From an uncultured delta proteobacterium (GTDB lineage Bacteria; Myxococcota_A; Polyangia; Polyangiales; Polyangiaceae), in the NCBI GenBank assembly GCA_963806225.1, contig CAWDXG010000004.1, positions 2,016,001 through 2,080,000 of the forward strand: a stretch of 64,000 nt of DNA, written 5' to 3'. The first letter of the stretch is position 1; the number at the start of each line of letters is the position of its first letter. Shown here in pieces: positions 9,231 to 20,615 of this stretch. The notes beneath the pieces are model-generated. The model made no database searches, was not told the origin of the DNA, and saw only the letters and a list, made by a program, of their open reading frames with translations. The translations under genes and the position numbers were made by a program.

Positions 9231-10625
9231 ATGACCGCCACCGCGCCCGCTTCCGACACCTCGCCCCGTGGCGTGGTGCGCGAGGTCTTGCGGCTGGCGG
9301 GGCCGGCGGTGCTGACGAGCTTCCTGCAGACGCTGGTGTTCCTGGCGGATCGGCTGTTGCTCGGGCGCTACAGCGAGCCGGCGCTGGCGAGCATGCAGGT
9401 GCAGGGACCGATCGTGTGGTCGGTGTTCAGCGTGTTTGCGGGACTGACCGTCGGCACGGTGCCGCTGGTGGCGCGGGCGGTGGGCGCGGGCGACCGCAGG
9501 CGCGCGGGCGAGGTGGCGCGGGCCTCCTTGCGGGTGGCGCTCGCGCTCGGCGTGGGCGTGTGCCTGGCGGGGCTGCTGCTGGCGGGACCGCTGGTGCGCG
9601 CGATAGGTCCCCACTCGCCGGCGCTGCGCGCGCTGTCCGAGCGCTACCTGGGCGTGATCCTGCTCGGCTTCCCACAGATGTTCCTGGCCACGGCGGCGGC
9701 GATGGTGTTGACCGGCGCGGGCAACACGAAGACGCCGCTCCGGATCGGGCTTTTGAGCAACACGCTCAACGTCGTCGGCGACGTGCTGTTCATCTTCGGC
9801 TTCCACGTCGGGCCGCTCCGCGTGCCGGCGTTCGGTGTGGCCGGAGCAGCAGCATCCTCCGTCGTGGCGTTCACGGTGGAAGCGGCGCTCTTGCTCTGGG
9901 TACTGCGGCGCGACGATCAGCCGGCGCGCGTCGCGCGTTTCTTCGCGCGGGCCAGCGCCGCGTCGCGCGAGGCGCAAAAGGCGCTGATGCGCATCAGCAC
10001 GCCGGCGATGTTGGAGCGCGTGGTGATCCACGCCGGCTTCCTCGCCTACGTGGCGGTCATCAATCGCCTCGGCACGCAGGTGATGGCGAGCAACCAGGCC
10101 ATGATCACGCTGGAGGCGATCTGCTTCCTCGGGGCGGACGGCTTCGGCGTGGCGGCGGCGACGGTGGTCGGACAATCGCTCGGACGGGAGCAGCCACGCG
10201 CCGCCCGGCACGGCGGGCTGGTCGCGACCGGGCTCGGCATTGCGGCGCTCACCGCGGCGGGGCTCGTTATCTGGGCCAGCGGTCCCTGGTCGCTGAGGTT
10301 GTTCGTGCCGGCGGGAAGCTCCGGTGGCGACCTCGTGAGGACAGCCATGGGCGCGATGCCGCTCTTGGCCCTGTCGCAACCCTTCATGGCGATCGCGGTG
10401 GTGCTCGCCCAGGGGCTGCGCGGCGCGGGCGACACGCGCTCGCCGCTGATCGCGGCGGTCGTGGGCGGCTTTGCGGTGCGCGTGGGGCTGGCCTGGTGGC
10501 TCGGATTGCACCTGGGCCTCGGGCTCCGGGCCGTGTGGGTCGCGAGCACCGTCGACTGGGTCGTGCGCACGCTGATCTGCGGCGGTATCTTCCTCAGAGG
10601 CCGCTGGACCCGGATCCAGGTGTAG
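9231..10625 (+). CDS. MATE family efflux transporter
   Basis: LAGPAVLTS, GAGNTKTPL, FGVAGAA, LRGAGDTRSPL; about 12 hydrophobic segments. Confidence 0.92.
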   Translation: MTATAPASDTSPRGVVREVLRLAGPAVLTSFLQTLVFLADRLLLGRYSEPALASMQVQGPIVWSVFSVFAGLTVGTVPLVARAVGAGDRRRAGEVARASLRVALALGVGVCLAGLLLAGPLVRAIGPHSPALRALSERYLGVILLGFPQMFLATAAAMVLTGAGNTKTPLRIGLLSNTLNVVGDVLFIFGFHVGPLRVPAFGVAGAAASSVVAFTVEAALLLWVLRRDDQPARVARFFARASAASREAQKALMRISTPAMLERVVIHAGFLAYVAVINRLGTQVMASNQAMITLEAICFLGADGFGVAAATVVGQSLGREQPRAARHGGLVATGLGIAALTAAGLVIWASGPWSLRLFVPAGSSGGDLVRTAMGAMPLLALSQPFMAIAVVLAQGLRGAGDTRSPLIAAVVGGFAVRVGLAWWLGLHLGLGLRAVWVASTVDWVVRTLICGGIFLRGRWTRIQV

Positions 10626-10651
10626 AGGCGCGCGGGGGTGTACACTGGGGC

Positions 10652-12907
10652 ATGGCTTTCCGACGCTGGACCTGGCTTCTCTTCGTCTCCCTCCTGATCG
10701 CCGGTCTGGCCGGCGCGTGCAGCGGCTCGGGCAGCGGAGTCGCAAGCGGCCATCACGGCACGGGTGGCGGCGCCGCGAGCGGCGGCAGCGGCGGCAACGG
10801 CGGCAACGGCGGCGGCATCTTGCTCGATGGCGGACCCGACGCGGCGAGCTCGCTCAAGATCACGCCGGCGAACCCGGTGGTCGTCGTCAAGTCGGGGCAG
10901 GCGCTGCCGACGGTGAGCTTCCAGGTCACGTCGAACGGGACGCCGGTCGGAGCACAGTGGCTGATCAATCGCGCCGAGATCGGCAGCATCGACAAGAGCG
11001 GCGTGTTCACGCCCACCGGCAAGGTCGCCGGACAGGCAACCGTCGAAGCCACAGTCGGAACGCAGAAGGTGTCGACCACCGTCACGGTGCAGATCCAGGC
11101 GACCGAGAACGGCGGCACGGAGCCCGCTACCGGCCCCGGCCCCGGCGGCTACGAGGGCGTGGGCGGTGAAGGCATCGGCGGCGCGGTGGCGGGCGGCGTC
11201 AAGACCGCGCTCGACGGCACGCCCACTGCCGACCCGTCCATGCAGTGGCTCTACCCGTACGACAAGACGGTGTTCCCGCTCGGCCTGCTCGCGCCGCTCC
11301 TGCAGTGGAAGGCGGGCCCCGGCGCCGTCGCCGACGGCATCCTGGTCCATCTTTCCGCCAAGAACTACGACTACAAGGGCTACTTCGCGCGGCCGGCGGC
11401 GCTGCCCGCCGGGCAGCCCTTCCTGCGCCACGTGATCCCGCAGGCGACGTGGGACGCCGCGACGCATTCCGCCGCAGGCGGCAAGCTGACCGTCGACGTG
11501 ACGGTGGCCGCGGGCGGCACCGCGTACGGTCCCATCAGCGAGACATGGACCATCGCCCAGGGCGAGCTCAAGGGCACCGTCTACTACCAGTCGTACGGCA
11601 CGAACCTGGCGAAGAACTACCCGACCACGGCCAAGAACGGACAGTCCATCATCTTCGGGGGCGCCACGCTCGCCATCAAGCCGGGCGCCACGGCGCCCAC
11701 GCTGGTCGCCGGCTCGGACGGCGGGCCCGCCCAGTGCCGCGTTTGCCACAGCGTGTCCGCCGACGGCAGCCGCATGATCGTACAGCACGGCGACAGCTAC
11801 TCGACGAGCTCCTCGTACGATCTGAACAACGGCTACACCGAAACGCCCTACGCGAACTCGACCAACGGGCTGCTCGGATGGATTGGAATGTATCCCGACG
11901 GCAGCATCGGGCTGAGCAACGCCGCACCGCTGCCCGGCGGCGCCAACAGCGGCAACACCAGTCTCTACAACCTGACGAGCGGCGCCGCGCTGGCCACGAC
12001 CGGGCTCACCAGCTTCGTGACCAAGGCGGGACTGCCCGCGTTCTCGCCGGACGGCAAGCACGTCGCCTTCGACTTCTACGAGGGCCCGGGCAACGCCACG
12101 ACGGGCGCCGGCGACGGCAAGAAGCTGGTGGTGATGGACTTCGACAAGGCGACGGGTGCGTTCTCCAATCCGCGCGTCGTCTATTCGGGTGCGCCACCCG
12201 GCTGGCCGTCGTTCCTGCCCACCAACGACTCGCTGGTGTTCGAGAAGGAGGTGAAGAACGACGGCGAGCTGTTCGCGACGCGCAACGGCTCCGAAGGCGA
12301 GCTGTGGTGGACCGATGTCGCGACGGGCACCGCGCACCCGCTGGATGAAGCCAACGGCTCGAGCGGCGGCAGCATGTATCTGCCGACGGGACCGAGCAAC
12401 CACGGCACCGACACCGAGCTCGGCTACGAGCCCACGGTGAGCCCCATCACCTCGGGCGGCTACGCCTGGATGGTGTTCACGAGCCGGCGCCTGTATGGAA
12501 GCGTCGCCACGGTCGACCCCTGGTGCAGCGACCCGCGCTCGTGCGATCTCAGCTCGGCCGTCACACCCAAGAAGCTGTGGGTCGCGGCCATCGATCTCGG
12601 CGCGGCGCCTGGCACCGATCCGAGCCATCCCGCCTTCTACCTCCCGGCGCAGGAGCTCCTGGCGGGCAACTCGCGAGGCTTCTGGGTGGTCGATCCGTGC
12701 AAGGCCGACGGCAGCGCGTGCAGCAGCGGCGACCAGTGCTGCGGCGGCTACTGCCAGCAGGATCCGCAGAGCGGCGCGCTCACCTGCGGCAGCAAGACCA
12801 ACAAGTGCGCCAACCTCTACGACAAGTGCTCGACTGCTGCCGACTGTTGCGACCAGACGCTGAAGTGCATCAACAACAAGTGCTCGCAGCCGTCGCCGCC
12901 ACAGTAG
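10652..12907 (+). CDS. Large lipoprotein with Ig-like and TolB/WD40-like propeller region and Cys-rich tail
   Basis: Lipobox AGAC, PAFSPDGKHVAF, WMVFTSRRLYG, KKLWVAAID, FYLPAQEL, C-terminal Cys clusters. Confidence 0.8.
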   Translation: MAFRRWTWLLFVSLLIAGLAGACSGSGSGVASGHHGTGGGAASGGSGGNGGNGGGILLDGGPDAASSLKITPANPVVVVKSGQALPTVSFQVTSNGTPVGAQWLINRAEIGSIDKSGVFTPTGKVAGQATVEATVGTQKVSTTVTVQIQATENGGTEPATGPGPGGYEGVGGEGIGGAVAGGVKTALDGTPTADPSMQWLYPYDKTVFPLGLLAPLLQWKAGPGAVADGILVHLSAKNYDYKGYFARPAALPAGQPFLRHVIPQATWDAATHSAAGGKLTVDVTVAAGGTAYGPISETWTIAQGELKGTVYYQSYGTNLAKNYPTTAKNGQSIIFGGATLAIKPGATAPTLVAGSDGGPAQCRVCHSVSADGSRMIVQHGDSYSTSSSYDLNNGYTETPYANSTNGLLGWIGMYPDGSIGLSNAAPLPGGANSGNTSLYNLTSGAALATTGLTSFVTKAGLPAFSPDGKHVAFDFYEGPGNATTGAGDGKKLVVMDFDKATGAFSNPRVVYSGAPPGWPSFLPTNDSLVFEKEVKNDGELFATRNGSEGELWWTDVATGTAHPLDEANGSSGGSMYLPTGPSNHGTDTELGYEPTVSPITSGGYAWMVFTSRRLYGSVATVDPWCSDPRSCDLSSAVTPKKLWVAAIDLGAAPGTDPSHPAFYLPAQELLAGNSRGFWVVDPCKADGSACSSGDQCCGGYCQQDPQSGALTCGSKTNKCANLYDKCSTAADCCDQTLKCINNKCSQPSPPQ

Positions 12908-12947
12908 GCCTTCTGTCGAGGCTGGGTCGCGTGTAGCATACGAGCCC

Positions 12948-13313
12948 ATGGAGAGGGTGACCGGGCTCGGCGAGAACGAGCTTCTGACGCTGGCGGGCCT
13001 GCTGCGGCTCCTGGTGCGGCTCGACGGCATGGCGAGCGCAGCGGAGCTGGCCGCCATCGACGCACTGGCCGTCGAGCTCGGCCGCGAGCGGTTCAACGCG
13101 CTGATCCGGCGCGCCGCAAACGAGCTGCCGCGCGACGAGGACGTGGAACAGGCGGCGCTCCGGATCGACAACCCCGACGCCCGGGAGCTCATCTTCACCG
13201 CGCTGTTCGAGATCGCCGCCGCCGATTCCATCCTGCAGCAGGAATCGTCGCTGCTCGACTGGCTCAAGGAGCATTGGCGGCTACGGCCCAGCACGGGCCC
13301 ATACCGCGAGTAG
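12948..13313 (+). CDS. TerB-like protein
   Basis: LVRLDGMASAAE ... IAAADSILQQE duplicated helical motif. Confidence 0.65.
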   Translation: MERVTGLGENELLTLAGLLRLLVRLDGMASAAELAAIDALAVELGRERFNALIRRAANELPRDEDVEQAALRIDNPDARELIFTALFEIAAADSILQQESSLLDWLKEHWRLRPSTGPYRE

Positions 13314-13346
13314 ACACGTCGGACCCGGGCGCCGATACTGCGGCGC

Positions 13347-15077
13347 ATGGGCTCCTTCCGTCGCGCACTTCTCGTCTCGCTTCCCATCGCGCTTGCCAGC
13401 GCCACCGCGCTCGCCGCGTCGCATCCGCCGGGAGTGAGCTACCCGCTCACTCCTGCCGCCATCCAGCCGGCGGGGCTGGCGCAGAAGCTGCCGAGCACGC
13501 GCCGCTACGTGCTGGTGTGGAAGGACCAGCTCGCCGACGCGGTGCAGGGCATCACGAGCGCGCAGAAGCCGTGGATCGTCCAGCACTACGTCGGCACGCA
13601 GAAGCTCTTCAAGAGCCAGATCGACGAGTACCGGAAGATGAACCCGGACTTCCTCATGCTCGTCTACCACCTGGCGTACGGGCTGAACGGCGCCGACCAG
13701 CAGAACCCGGTCGGCAACATCACCGGCGTGAACAAGTGGGGGCAGGAAGACACCGACAACTTCACGCCGTACGTGTCGGCGCACAGCCTGACGCGCGAGA
13801 ACGCCTACGAGCACGGCACCAACACCGGGTACAAGAACAACCGCATCTACTACCCAGATCCGTTCTGGCTGATGAACATCGACTCGACGGAGTGGCGCTC
13901 GTACCTGTTCGACACGCTGATCGAGTGGCAGGGCTACCCCACGACGAAAGCGACGGGGGTGTTTCTCGATGTGGCCTTCCACCCCTGGTACAACTACAAG
14001 CCGGATCAGTGGTGGGCGCAGAAGGCCGGCGGAAGCTCGCACACCGATCTCGCGAACTGGTGGAACCCGCGCGCGACGGCGTACTTCAAGGCGATGCGCG
14101 CCGCGTTCGCCAAGACCGCGTCGCACCCCCGCTATCTCGTTATCCCGAATCCCGACTCGCTGATCGACGAGGAGCCGACGTTCCTGAACGAAACCGACGG
14201 CGTGTTCACCGAGAACTGGCAGGCGGTGAAGGACTCGGCCGGCAACTGGGCCGTCTCGACGCGGCGCCTCTGCCAGTACGTGACCGGCAAGGGCAAGGTG
14301 TGGATCGCCGGCATCACGGCCAAGGGCACATCGCTGTCGATGCAGGAGCGCACGCTGCTCGTCGGGACATATCTGCTCGTCCGCAACGGCACCAGCTACT
14401 ACACGCTCGGCCTCGCCGACGTGAGCTGGTACCCCGAGTACGAGATCGATCTCGGCGGCTACGTCGACGAGCCGCCGACGGACATCGAGAAGCTCCGCGT
14501 GGCGGGGACAGGTGGCTCGAGCGGCGGGCTCTACGCCCGCAAGTACGTGAGCGGGCTGGTTCTGGTGAACTCGTCGAGCGGCGCACTGTCGTACACCCTG
14601 CCGTCGGCGATGAAGCAGGCGGTGTTCTCGGGCGGCGGCACTGTCGACGGACAGGCGAACATGCCGAGCTACTCGCTCGACTACACGAAGGACGTTCCGG
14701 CGGGAAAGCTGAGCGTCCCGGCGAGGAGCGCCGTCATCCTGCGCGATCCGGCCGGGCCACCCCCGCCCGGCGTGGAACCGGGCGGCAGCGGCGGGACCGG
14801 GGGCAGCGGCGGAGCCTCGGGCGGCAGCGGCGGCGCGAGCGGCGGGACAGGGGGAGCCTCGGGCGGCAGCGGCGGCGCGAGCGGCGGGACAGGCGGCGCG
14901 AGCGGCGGAACAGGCGGCGCGAGCGGCGGAACAGGCGGCGCGAGCGGCGGCAAGGCGTCGTCCGGCGACAGCGGTGGCTGCGGCTGTGCGCTTCCCCGAA
15001 GCGGCTCGGGCGGCGCACCAGCGGCGCTGCTGGTCGGCCTGCTGCTCGGACTGCTCCGTCGGCGCCGCGCGGCCTGA
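13347..15077 (+). CDS. Secreted putative glycoside hydrolase (TIM-barrel type) with MYXO-CTERM tail
   Basis: Signal peptide, GVFLDV, DGVFTENW, WYPEYEIDLG, YARKYVSGLVLVN, then GGASGGT repeats and GGCGC + TM + RRRR. Confidence 0.7.
   Translation: MGSFRRALLVSLPIALASATALAASHPPGVSYPLTPAAIQPAGLAQKLPSTRRYVLVWKDQLADAVQGITSAQKPWIVQHYVGTQKLFKSQIDEYRKMNPDFLMLVYHLAYGLNGADQQNPVGNITGVNKWGQEDTDNFTPYVSAHSLTRENAYEHGTNTGYKNNRIYYPDPFWLMNIDSTEWRSYLFDTLIEWQGYPTTKATGVFLDVAFHPWYNYKPDQWWAQKAGGSSHTDLANWWNPRATAYFKAMRAAFAKTASHPRYLVIPNPDSLIDEEPTFLNETDGVFTENWQAVKDSAGNWAVSTRRLCQYVTGKGKVWIAGITAKGTSLSMQERTLLVGTYLLVRNGTSYYTLGLADVSWYPEYEIDLGGYVDEPPTDIEKLRVAGTGGSSGGLYARKYVSGLVLVNSSSGALSYTLPSAMKQAVFSGGGTVDGQANMPSYSLDYTKDVPAGKLSVPARSAVILRDPAGPPPPGVEPGGSGGTGGSGGASGGSGGASGGTGGASGGSGGASGGTGGASGGTGGASGGTGGASGGKASSGDSGGCGCALPRSGSGGAPAALLVGLLLGLLRRRRAA
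14787..14950. repeat. Coding 21-bp tandem repeat (GGASGGT/S)
   Basis: ggcggcgcgagcggcggaaca-like unit repeated about 7 times. Confidence 0.8.
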
Positions 15078-15145
15078 TGGTTTCAAAGGCGGGACGCATC
15101 CCGGGCCCGCCCAACCGTGGTAGAGTCACGTCAGCGGGGTTCAGG

Positions 15146-15733
15146 ATGTATCAACACCTGGAGCAGTACGTAGAGAGCCTGCCGGCCGGACTCGATTCCT
15201 ATGCGGACTGCATCGTCAAGGCCTCGGTGCTGCGCGCTGCGCTGGAGACCGGCGGCCTACGCGGTCCCGAATCGGGCCTTCCGGACCGACTGCAGCGCCT
15301 GCTCGATGCACCGCCGCCGGTCACCGAGTGGATCCCCGAGGTGCTGAGTGTCGCAGCGCACCTGGCGATCATCGACGAGAACGGGCTGAGCGACGACGCC
15401 GTGCTCGACTGGACCTACCGGACGAACCGGCACCTCGCCCAGTCACGCCTGTATCGCGCGGTGGCGTCGCTCGCTTCGCCGGACATGGCGCTACGCGCGT
15501 CGCGGCTCGGCTGGGGCATGCTGCATCGAGGCATCGAGCTGTCCGTGCAACGCGGGAACGGCGGCGCACAGCTGACCGTCCACCACCCCGACAGCGTGTG
15601 GACGCGCCTGGTCCACCTGGCCACCGCGACGGGCTTCCGCGCCGTGCTCGAGAGCTCCCGGGGCAAGGACGTCTCCGTCACGCTTTCCGACTCGCAGCCT
15701 GACCAGGCAACCTACGACTGCACCTGGAGCTAG
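15146..15733 (+). CDS. DUF2378-like Myxococcales protein
   Basis: MYQHLEQYVESLPAGLDSYADCIVKAS...PPPVTEWIPEV...WGMLHRG. Confidence 0.65.
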   Translation: MYQHLEQYVESLPAGLDSYADCIVKASVLRAALETGGLRGPESGLPDRLQRLLDAPPPVTEWIPEVLSVAAHLAIIDENGLSDDAVLDWTYRTNRHLAQSRLYRAVASLASPDMALRASRLGWGMLHRGIELSVQRGNGGAQLTVHHPDSVWTRLVHLATATGFRAVLESSRGKDVSVTLSDSQPDQATYDCTWS

Positions 15734-15739
15734 CCGCCG

Positions 15740-16294
15740 TCAGAGCACGTACAGCCGGCCGTCTCCGGCGGTTCCGTACGGGTAGTTGCCGGCGAGAAAG
15801 AGCTCGAACACCCGCGTCCAGAAGCCGCTGCGATGCAGATACTGCTCGGTGACGGCCCAGCGCGCCGCTTCCGCCGCAGTGCGCACGGCTTCCGGCCGCA
15901 AATCCAGCTCGCCGAAGCACAGCCACGGCGAGCGGGGCACCTCCAGCTCGATGCGACCGACACGCCGGTGCACGGCAAGGCGCACGTGCTTGAGCGGCTC
16001 GAACACGCGGGGCTCCGACTCGAGCCGGGCCAGCGCCGCCGACAGCCCGGGCGCAGGATCACGCGCGCCGGAAGCCAGCGGAACGAGATCCGGAATCGAG
16101 CTCTTGTTCTTGACCGGAATGTCGAGCGCGCGCGCGGCCGCGTATTTCGCGTAGCTCTGGAAATCGGCGCTGTCGACAACAGCCACGAAGTCGTCATAGG
16201 TGACCGCCATCCCGAGCCGCCCGAACCACGGCGCCCGGTCGATGCGTCCGAATAGCTCCTCGGCAGCCTGTCCAAACGGCACGACCGCCAGCAT
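15740..16294 (-). CDS. Hypothetical protein
   Basis: Protein-like C-terminal part of ORF 15740..18784, starting at MLAVVPFG. Confidence 0.55.
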   Translation of the reverse strand: MLAVVPFGQAAEELFGRIDRAPWFGRLGMAVTYDDFVAVVDSADFQSYAKYAAARALDIPVKNKSSIPDLVPLASGARDPAPGLSAALARLESEPRVFEPLKHVRLAVHRRVGRIELEVPRSPWLCFGELDLRPEAVRTAAEAARWAVTEQYLHRSGFWTRVFELFLAGNYPYGTAGDGRLYVL

Positions 16295-16345
16295 ACCGCA
16301 GCAGCGCTGGCGGCGTGGGACACGTTGATCTAGCGTCTCCGGCCG

Positions 16346-17962
<1,617 letters not shown>

Positions 17963-17979
17963 GCTCCGGCTGTCGCTCT

Positions 17980-19488
17980 TCACGGTTGCCAGCGGACCTC
18001 GCCGTTGCCTTGATACCGGATGCTGCCCACGCGCACGAAATCCGGGCCTCCTGCTTGCCAGAACACCAGCCGACTCCACACGTTTCCCAGGACCCGCTCG
18101 GCGAACAGACTGTCGTCGGGCGCCCAGTCCGAACGCCGGACGACCCCGATTCGATGCTGCCGCCCGGTGGCGATACGGAGCGCACTCGAATTCACGCCGT
18201 AGGCGATCTCCACCCACTTCGAGCCCGGTGTGAACCACACCGAGTGGAAAGCGCGCGCTGCGGTGGTTTCGGCGATCAGGTGCGCCAGACCGGGCTGGAA
18301 CGCGGCGTTCCGGCCGAGCCAGGCTCTCCACGGACGATGCTCGCGGTATGCCGTCACGAGCAAGTGCCGACCGTCCGGAGACCAGTCGATGTCGACGCGC
18401 GTGCCTCCCGTGTGGTCGACCGTCGTCCAGGTCGCCCCTGAACCGAGATCGCGGACCTTGATCGCGTCGCCGTCGGCATATGCCACGACGGGGGCGACGC
18501 GGCTCGCGACGCCCCTGGCGGCCAGGTGCACCGCTGAACGGCGCCCATCCGCACGCACGGCGACCGTCCCGACGACGACCCAGTCGCGCCCGGCCCATTC
18601 CGGATCGATGCCGCACGGCCCAGCGCCCGAGCATTCGAGCAGTACCCTGCCCGGCGGCGGCAGCGCTCCGTTCGCGTCGAACACGAGCACCGCCTTGTGC
18701 ACGGGGTCGCTGAACGGGATGCGCCCGCCGCAAGCGAGATGATGACCCATAGGCGACCACGCGCACGTCGGCACGGCAATCCACGAGCCCACGCCGAGGT
18801 CGCTCATCGACGGATGCTGGGCGGAAACGTCAATCCAGTGAGCCGAGACCCGACCGGGGTCGGTGTCCTGTGACCAGAGCGCGTCGCCCGTCGGCGACGA
18901 CTCGGGCAACTTGACGTCGTCGAGCTGCGGCTGGAAGCGCCGCACGCGGATCGGTTTCGTGTCGAAATCGAGCGCGCTCCACTCGACACCTCCGGACAAG
19001 AGGAGACGCGGACGGCCCTTCAGCCAGTCGCCGCATTCCGGAACCGTGATCGGCTTCGAGAATGCCGCGCCGTGGACCGCGACGACGTGGACCGGAAGAC
19101 CGGGGCGGCACAGCTCCAGCCAGCGGCCGTCCGGCGACCAGCCGCCCCAGCGACGCAACTGGAGGACGCGCGCGATGCCCCGGCTCGTGACGTAGACGGC
19201 TCGGCGCACCGGCGAAGGCTTTCCCGGGTCGTCGCGAATTCCCGAACGCAGCAGCAGCCAGCGGCCCCTCGCAGGCGGGCGAGTCTTCGGGGGCGGTGGG
19301 CGCGCCGACGCGGCACCGCGCTGTGCGTGGGGAGCTGCTGCCGGTCCGCCACGACAGGCCGCGACAACACCCGCCGCAACGACAGCTCCAGGCCAACCAG
19401 CCCGCGCGCATCGCCGTGTCCATCTGCGCCATCGGGAGCCTGCCGCGACCACATCCCGATGATACCGCGCCACGCCTGTCTCCCCCAC
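17980..19488 (-). CDS. Hypothetical lipoprotein with WD40/TolB-like repeats (cargo 1; start uncertain)
   Basis: VVAAC lipobox-like; WSPDGR, WSPMGH, WAPDDS repeats. Confidence 0.65.
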   Translation of the reverse strand: MGETGVARYHRDVVAAGSRWRRWTRRCARAGWPGAVVAAGVVAACRGGPAAAPHAQRGAASARPPPPKTRPPARGRWLLLRSGIRDDPGKPSPVRRAVYVTSRGIARVLQLRRWGGWSPDGRWLELCRPGLPVHVVAVHGAAFSKPITVPECGDWLKGRPRLLLSGGVEWSALDFDTKPIRVRRFQPQLDDVKLPESSPTGDALWSQDTDPGRVSAHWIDVSAQHPSMSDLGVGSWIAVPTCAWSPMGHHLACGGRIPFSDPVHKAVLVFDANGALPPPGRVLLECSGAGPCGIDPEWAGRDWVVVGTVAVRADGRRSAVHLAARGVASRVAPVVAYADGDAIKVRDLGSGATWTTVDHTGGTRVDIDWSPDGRHLLVTAYREHRPWRAWLGRNAAFQPGLAHLIAETTAARAFHSVWFTPGSKWVEIAYGVNSSALRIATGRQHRIGVVRRSDWAPDDSLFAERVLGNVWSRLVFWQAGGPDFVRVGSIRYQGNGEVRWQP

Positions 19489-19558
19489 CCGCGCGCGGCG
19501 CGCGCATGCCGGAGCGCCGCCGGCCCTTCAGCCCGCACGCCGCAGGCGCGCGCCGCGT

Positions 19559-19620
19559 CCGGGTCTGGGGGAGACCGCGGAGGAGGCGAAGCCGACGACG
19601 CGAGTGGGGGCAGCCCCACA
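19559..19620 (+). repeat. REP-like palindromic element, left copy
   Basis: CCGGGTCTGGGGG...AGGCGAAGCCGACGACGC...GGGGGCAGCCCCACA; inverted counterpart at 19772-19855. Confidence 0.7.
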
Positions 19621-19621
19621 C

Positions 19622-19771
19622 GAGAGCACGCCGTTCTTCGCCACCGCCCGCCTCTGGGACGACGGCATCATCGACCCGCGCGACACGCGCAGCGTGGTCG
19701 GCATCGCGCTCAGCACCGCCTACAACGCGCGCGTCGAGGGCACGACGAGCTGGGGCGTGTTCCGGCACTGA
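19622..19771 (+). repeat. Carboxylase 3' end, copy 2 (150 bp, diverged, includes stop)
   Basis: Encodes [49 protein letters not shown]. Confidence 0.95.
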
Positions 19772-19855
19772 TCGTGGGTTGCCCCCGCGGTTGAAGCGCG
19801 CACCAAGTCCGGCGTCCTCGGCTTCGCCTGCGGGCGCCGGCGCCCCCAAACCCGG
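19772..19855 (-). repeat. REP-like palindromic element, right copy (inverted)
   Basis: Reverse complement reads CCGGGTTTGGGGG...AGGCGAAGCCGAGGACGC...GGGGGCAACCCACGA. Confidence 0.7.
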
Positions 19856-19923
19856 CCGCTATCGCGCCCGGCCGGGGGCGCAACGGTTCGACCCGGCCCA
19901 TACGCTCGGGTACAATCGGAACA

Positions 19924-20157
19924 ATGGCGCAGCCGCTCGTGTATCCACCGCCGGGGTTCGAGGATCTGCCTGTCGAGGAACAGATCGAGTACGTGCAGGC
20001 GCTCTGGGACGGCATCGTCGACAAGCAGCAGGTGCCGGTACCGGACTGGCACCGCGACATCGTCCGCGAACGCCTTGCGAATCCGGCGCCGGGGCCAAGC
20101 CGACCCTGGCACGAGGTCCGCGCCGAGCTCGCGCGCAAACACGCGAACGACCGTTGA
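19924..20157 (+). CDS. Addiction module antitoxin (TIGR02574-like)
   Basis: LPVEEQIEYVQALWDGI...PVPDWHRDIVRERL...PWHEVRAEL. Confidence 0.85.
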   Translation: MAQPLVYPPPGFEDLPVEEQIEYVQALWDGIVDKQQVPVPDWHRDIVRERLANPAPGPSRPWHEVRAELARKHANDR

Positions 20158-20463
20158 AGGGTATCCGGCGAACTCCAGCCGGAGGCTCAAGCCGACCTTG
20201 ACGAGGCACTCGCGTGGTATCGCGAGCGCGATCAGCGTCTCGTCACCCGCTTGCTCGTGGAGCTGGATGCGGTCTTCGATCGGATCCGCGAAGCACCCGA
20301 TCAGTTCCCGCTCGTCGAAGGGACGGTCCGGCGCGCGTTGCTCCACAAGTTTCCGTACAGCGTCTACTACAGCGCCGGTGTGGACTGCATCGACGTGGTC
20401 GCCGTCATCCACCAACGGCGGTATCCCGCCACCTGGAAACGCGAACCGCCACCCGAGGATTGA
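20154..20463 (+). CDS. ParE/RelE-family toxin, probable 1-nt indel just after the TTG start
   Basis: LQPEAQADLDEALAWYRER...IREAPDQFP...RRALLHKFPYSVYY...VVAVIHQRRYP. The TTG overlapping the antitoxin stop is out of frame by one base. Confidence 0.8.
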
Positions 20464-20477
20464 GCGGTCCGCCTGCA

Positions 20478-20534
20478 ACCGCCTACAACGCGCGCGTGGA
20501 AGGCACGACCAGCTGGGGCGTGTTCCGGCACTGA
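20478..20534 (+). repeat. Carboxylase 3' end, copy 3 (57 bp)
   Basis: Encodes [18 protein letters not shown]. Confidence 0.93.
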
Positions 20535-20615
20535 ACTGCCAGCCGGGGCGATGTCCGGGAGCCACGCGATCCGGGCGACCAACTGGCGTTCAACGCGCGC
20601 GGCCCGCCGAACACG

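Noticed and set aside
10046..13405. Very long antisense ORFs (also 15740-18784 in part, 24060-26102, 29965-32241, 51575-53494, 53537-56692)
   Set aside because: Shadow frames of real genes caused by high-GC codon bias; they contain no protein motifs.
6580..14950. Gly/Ser/Thr tandem repeats as a special repeat system
   Set aside because: In-frame flexible linkers typical of myxobacterial lipoproteins.
20586..20602. Possible fourth carboxylase-tail fragment (GCGTTCAACGCGCGCG)
   Set aside because: Only ~16 bp of GC-rich match and it lacks the terminal stop block.
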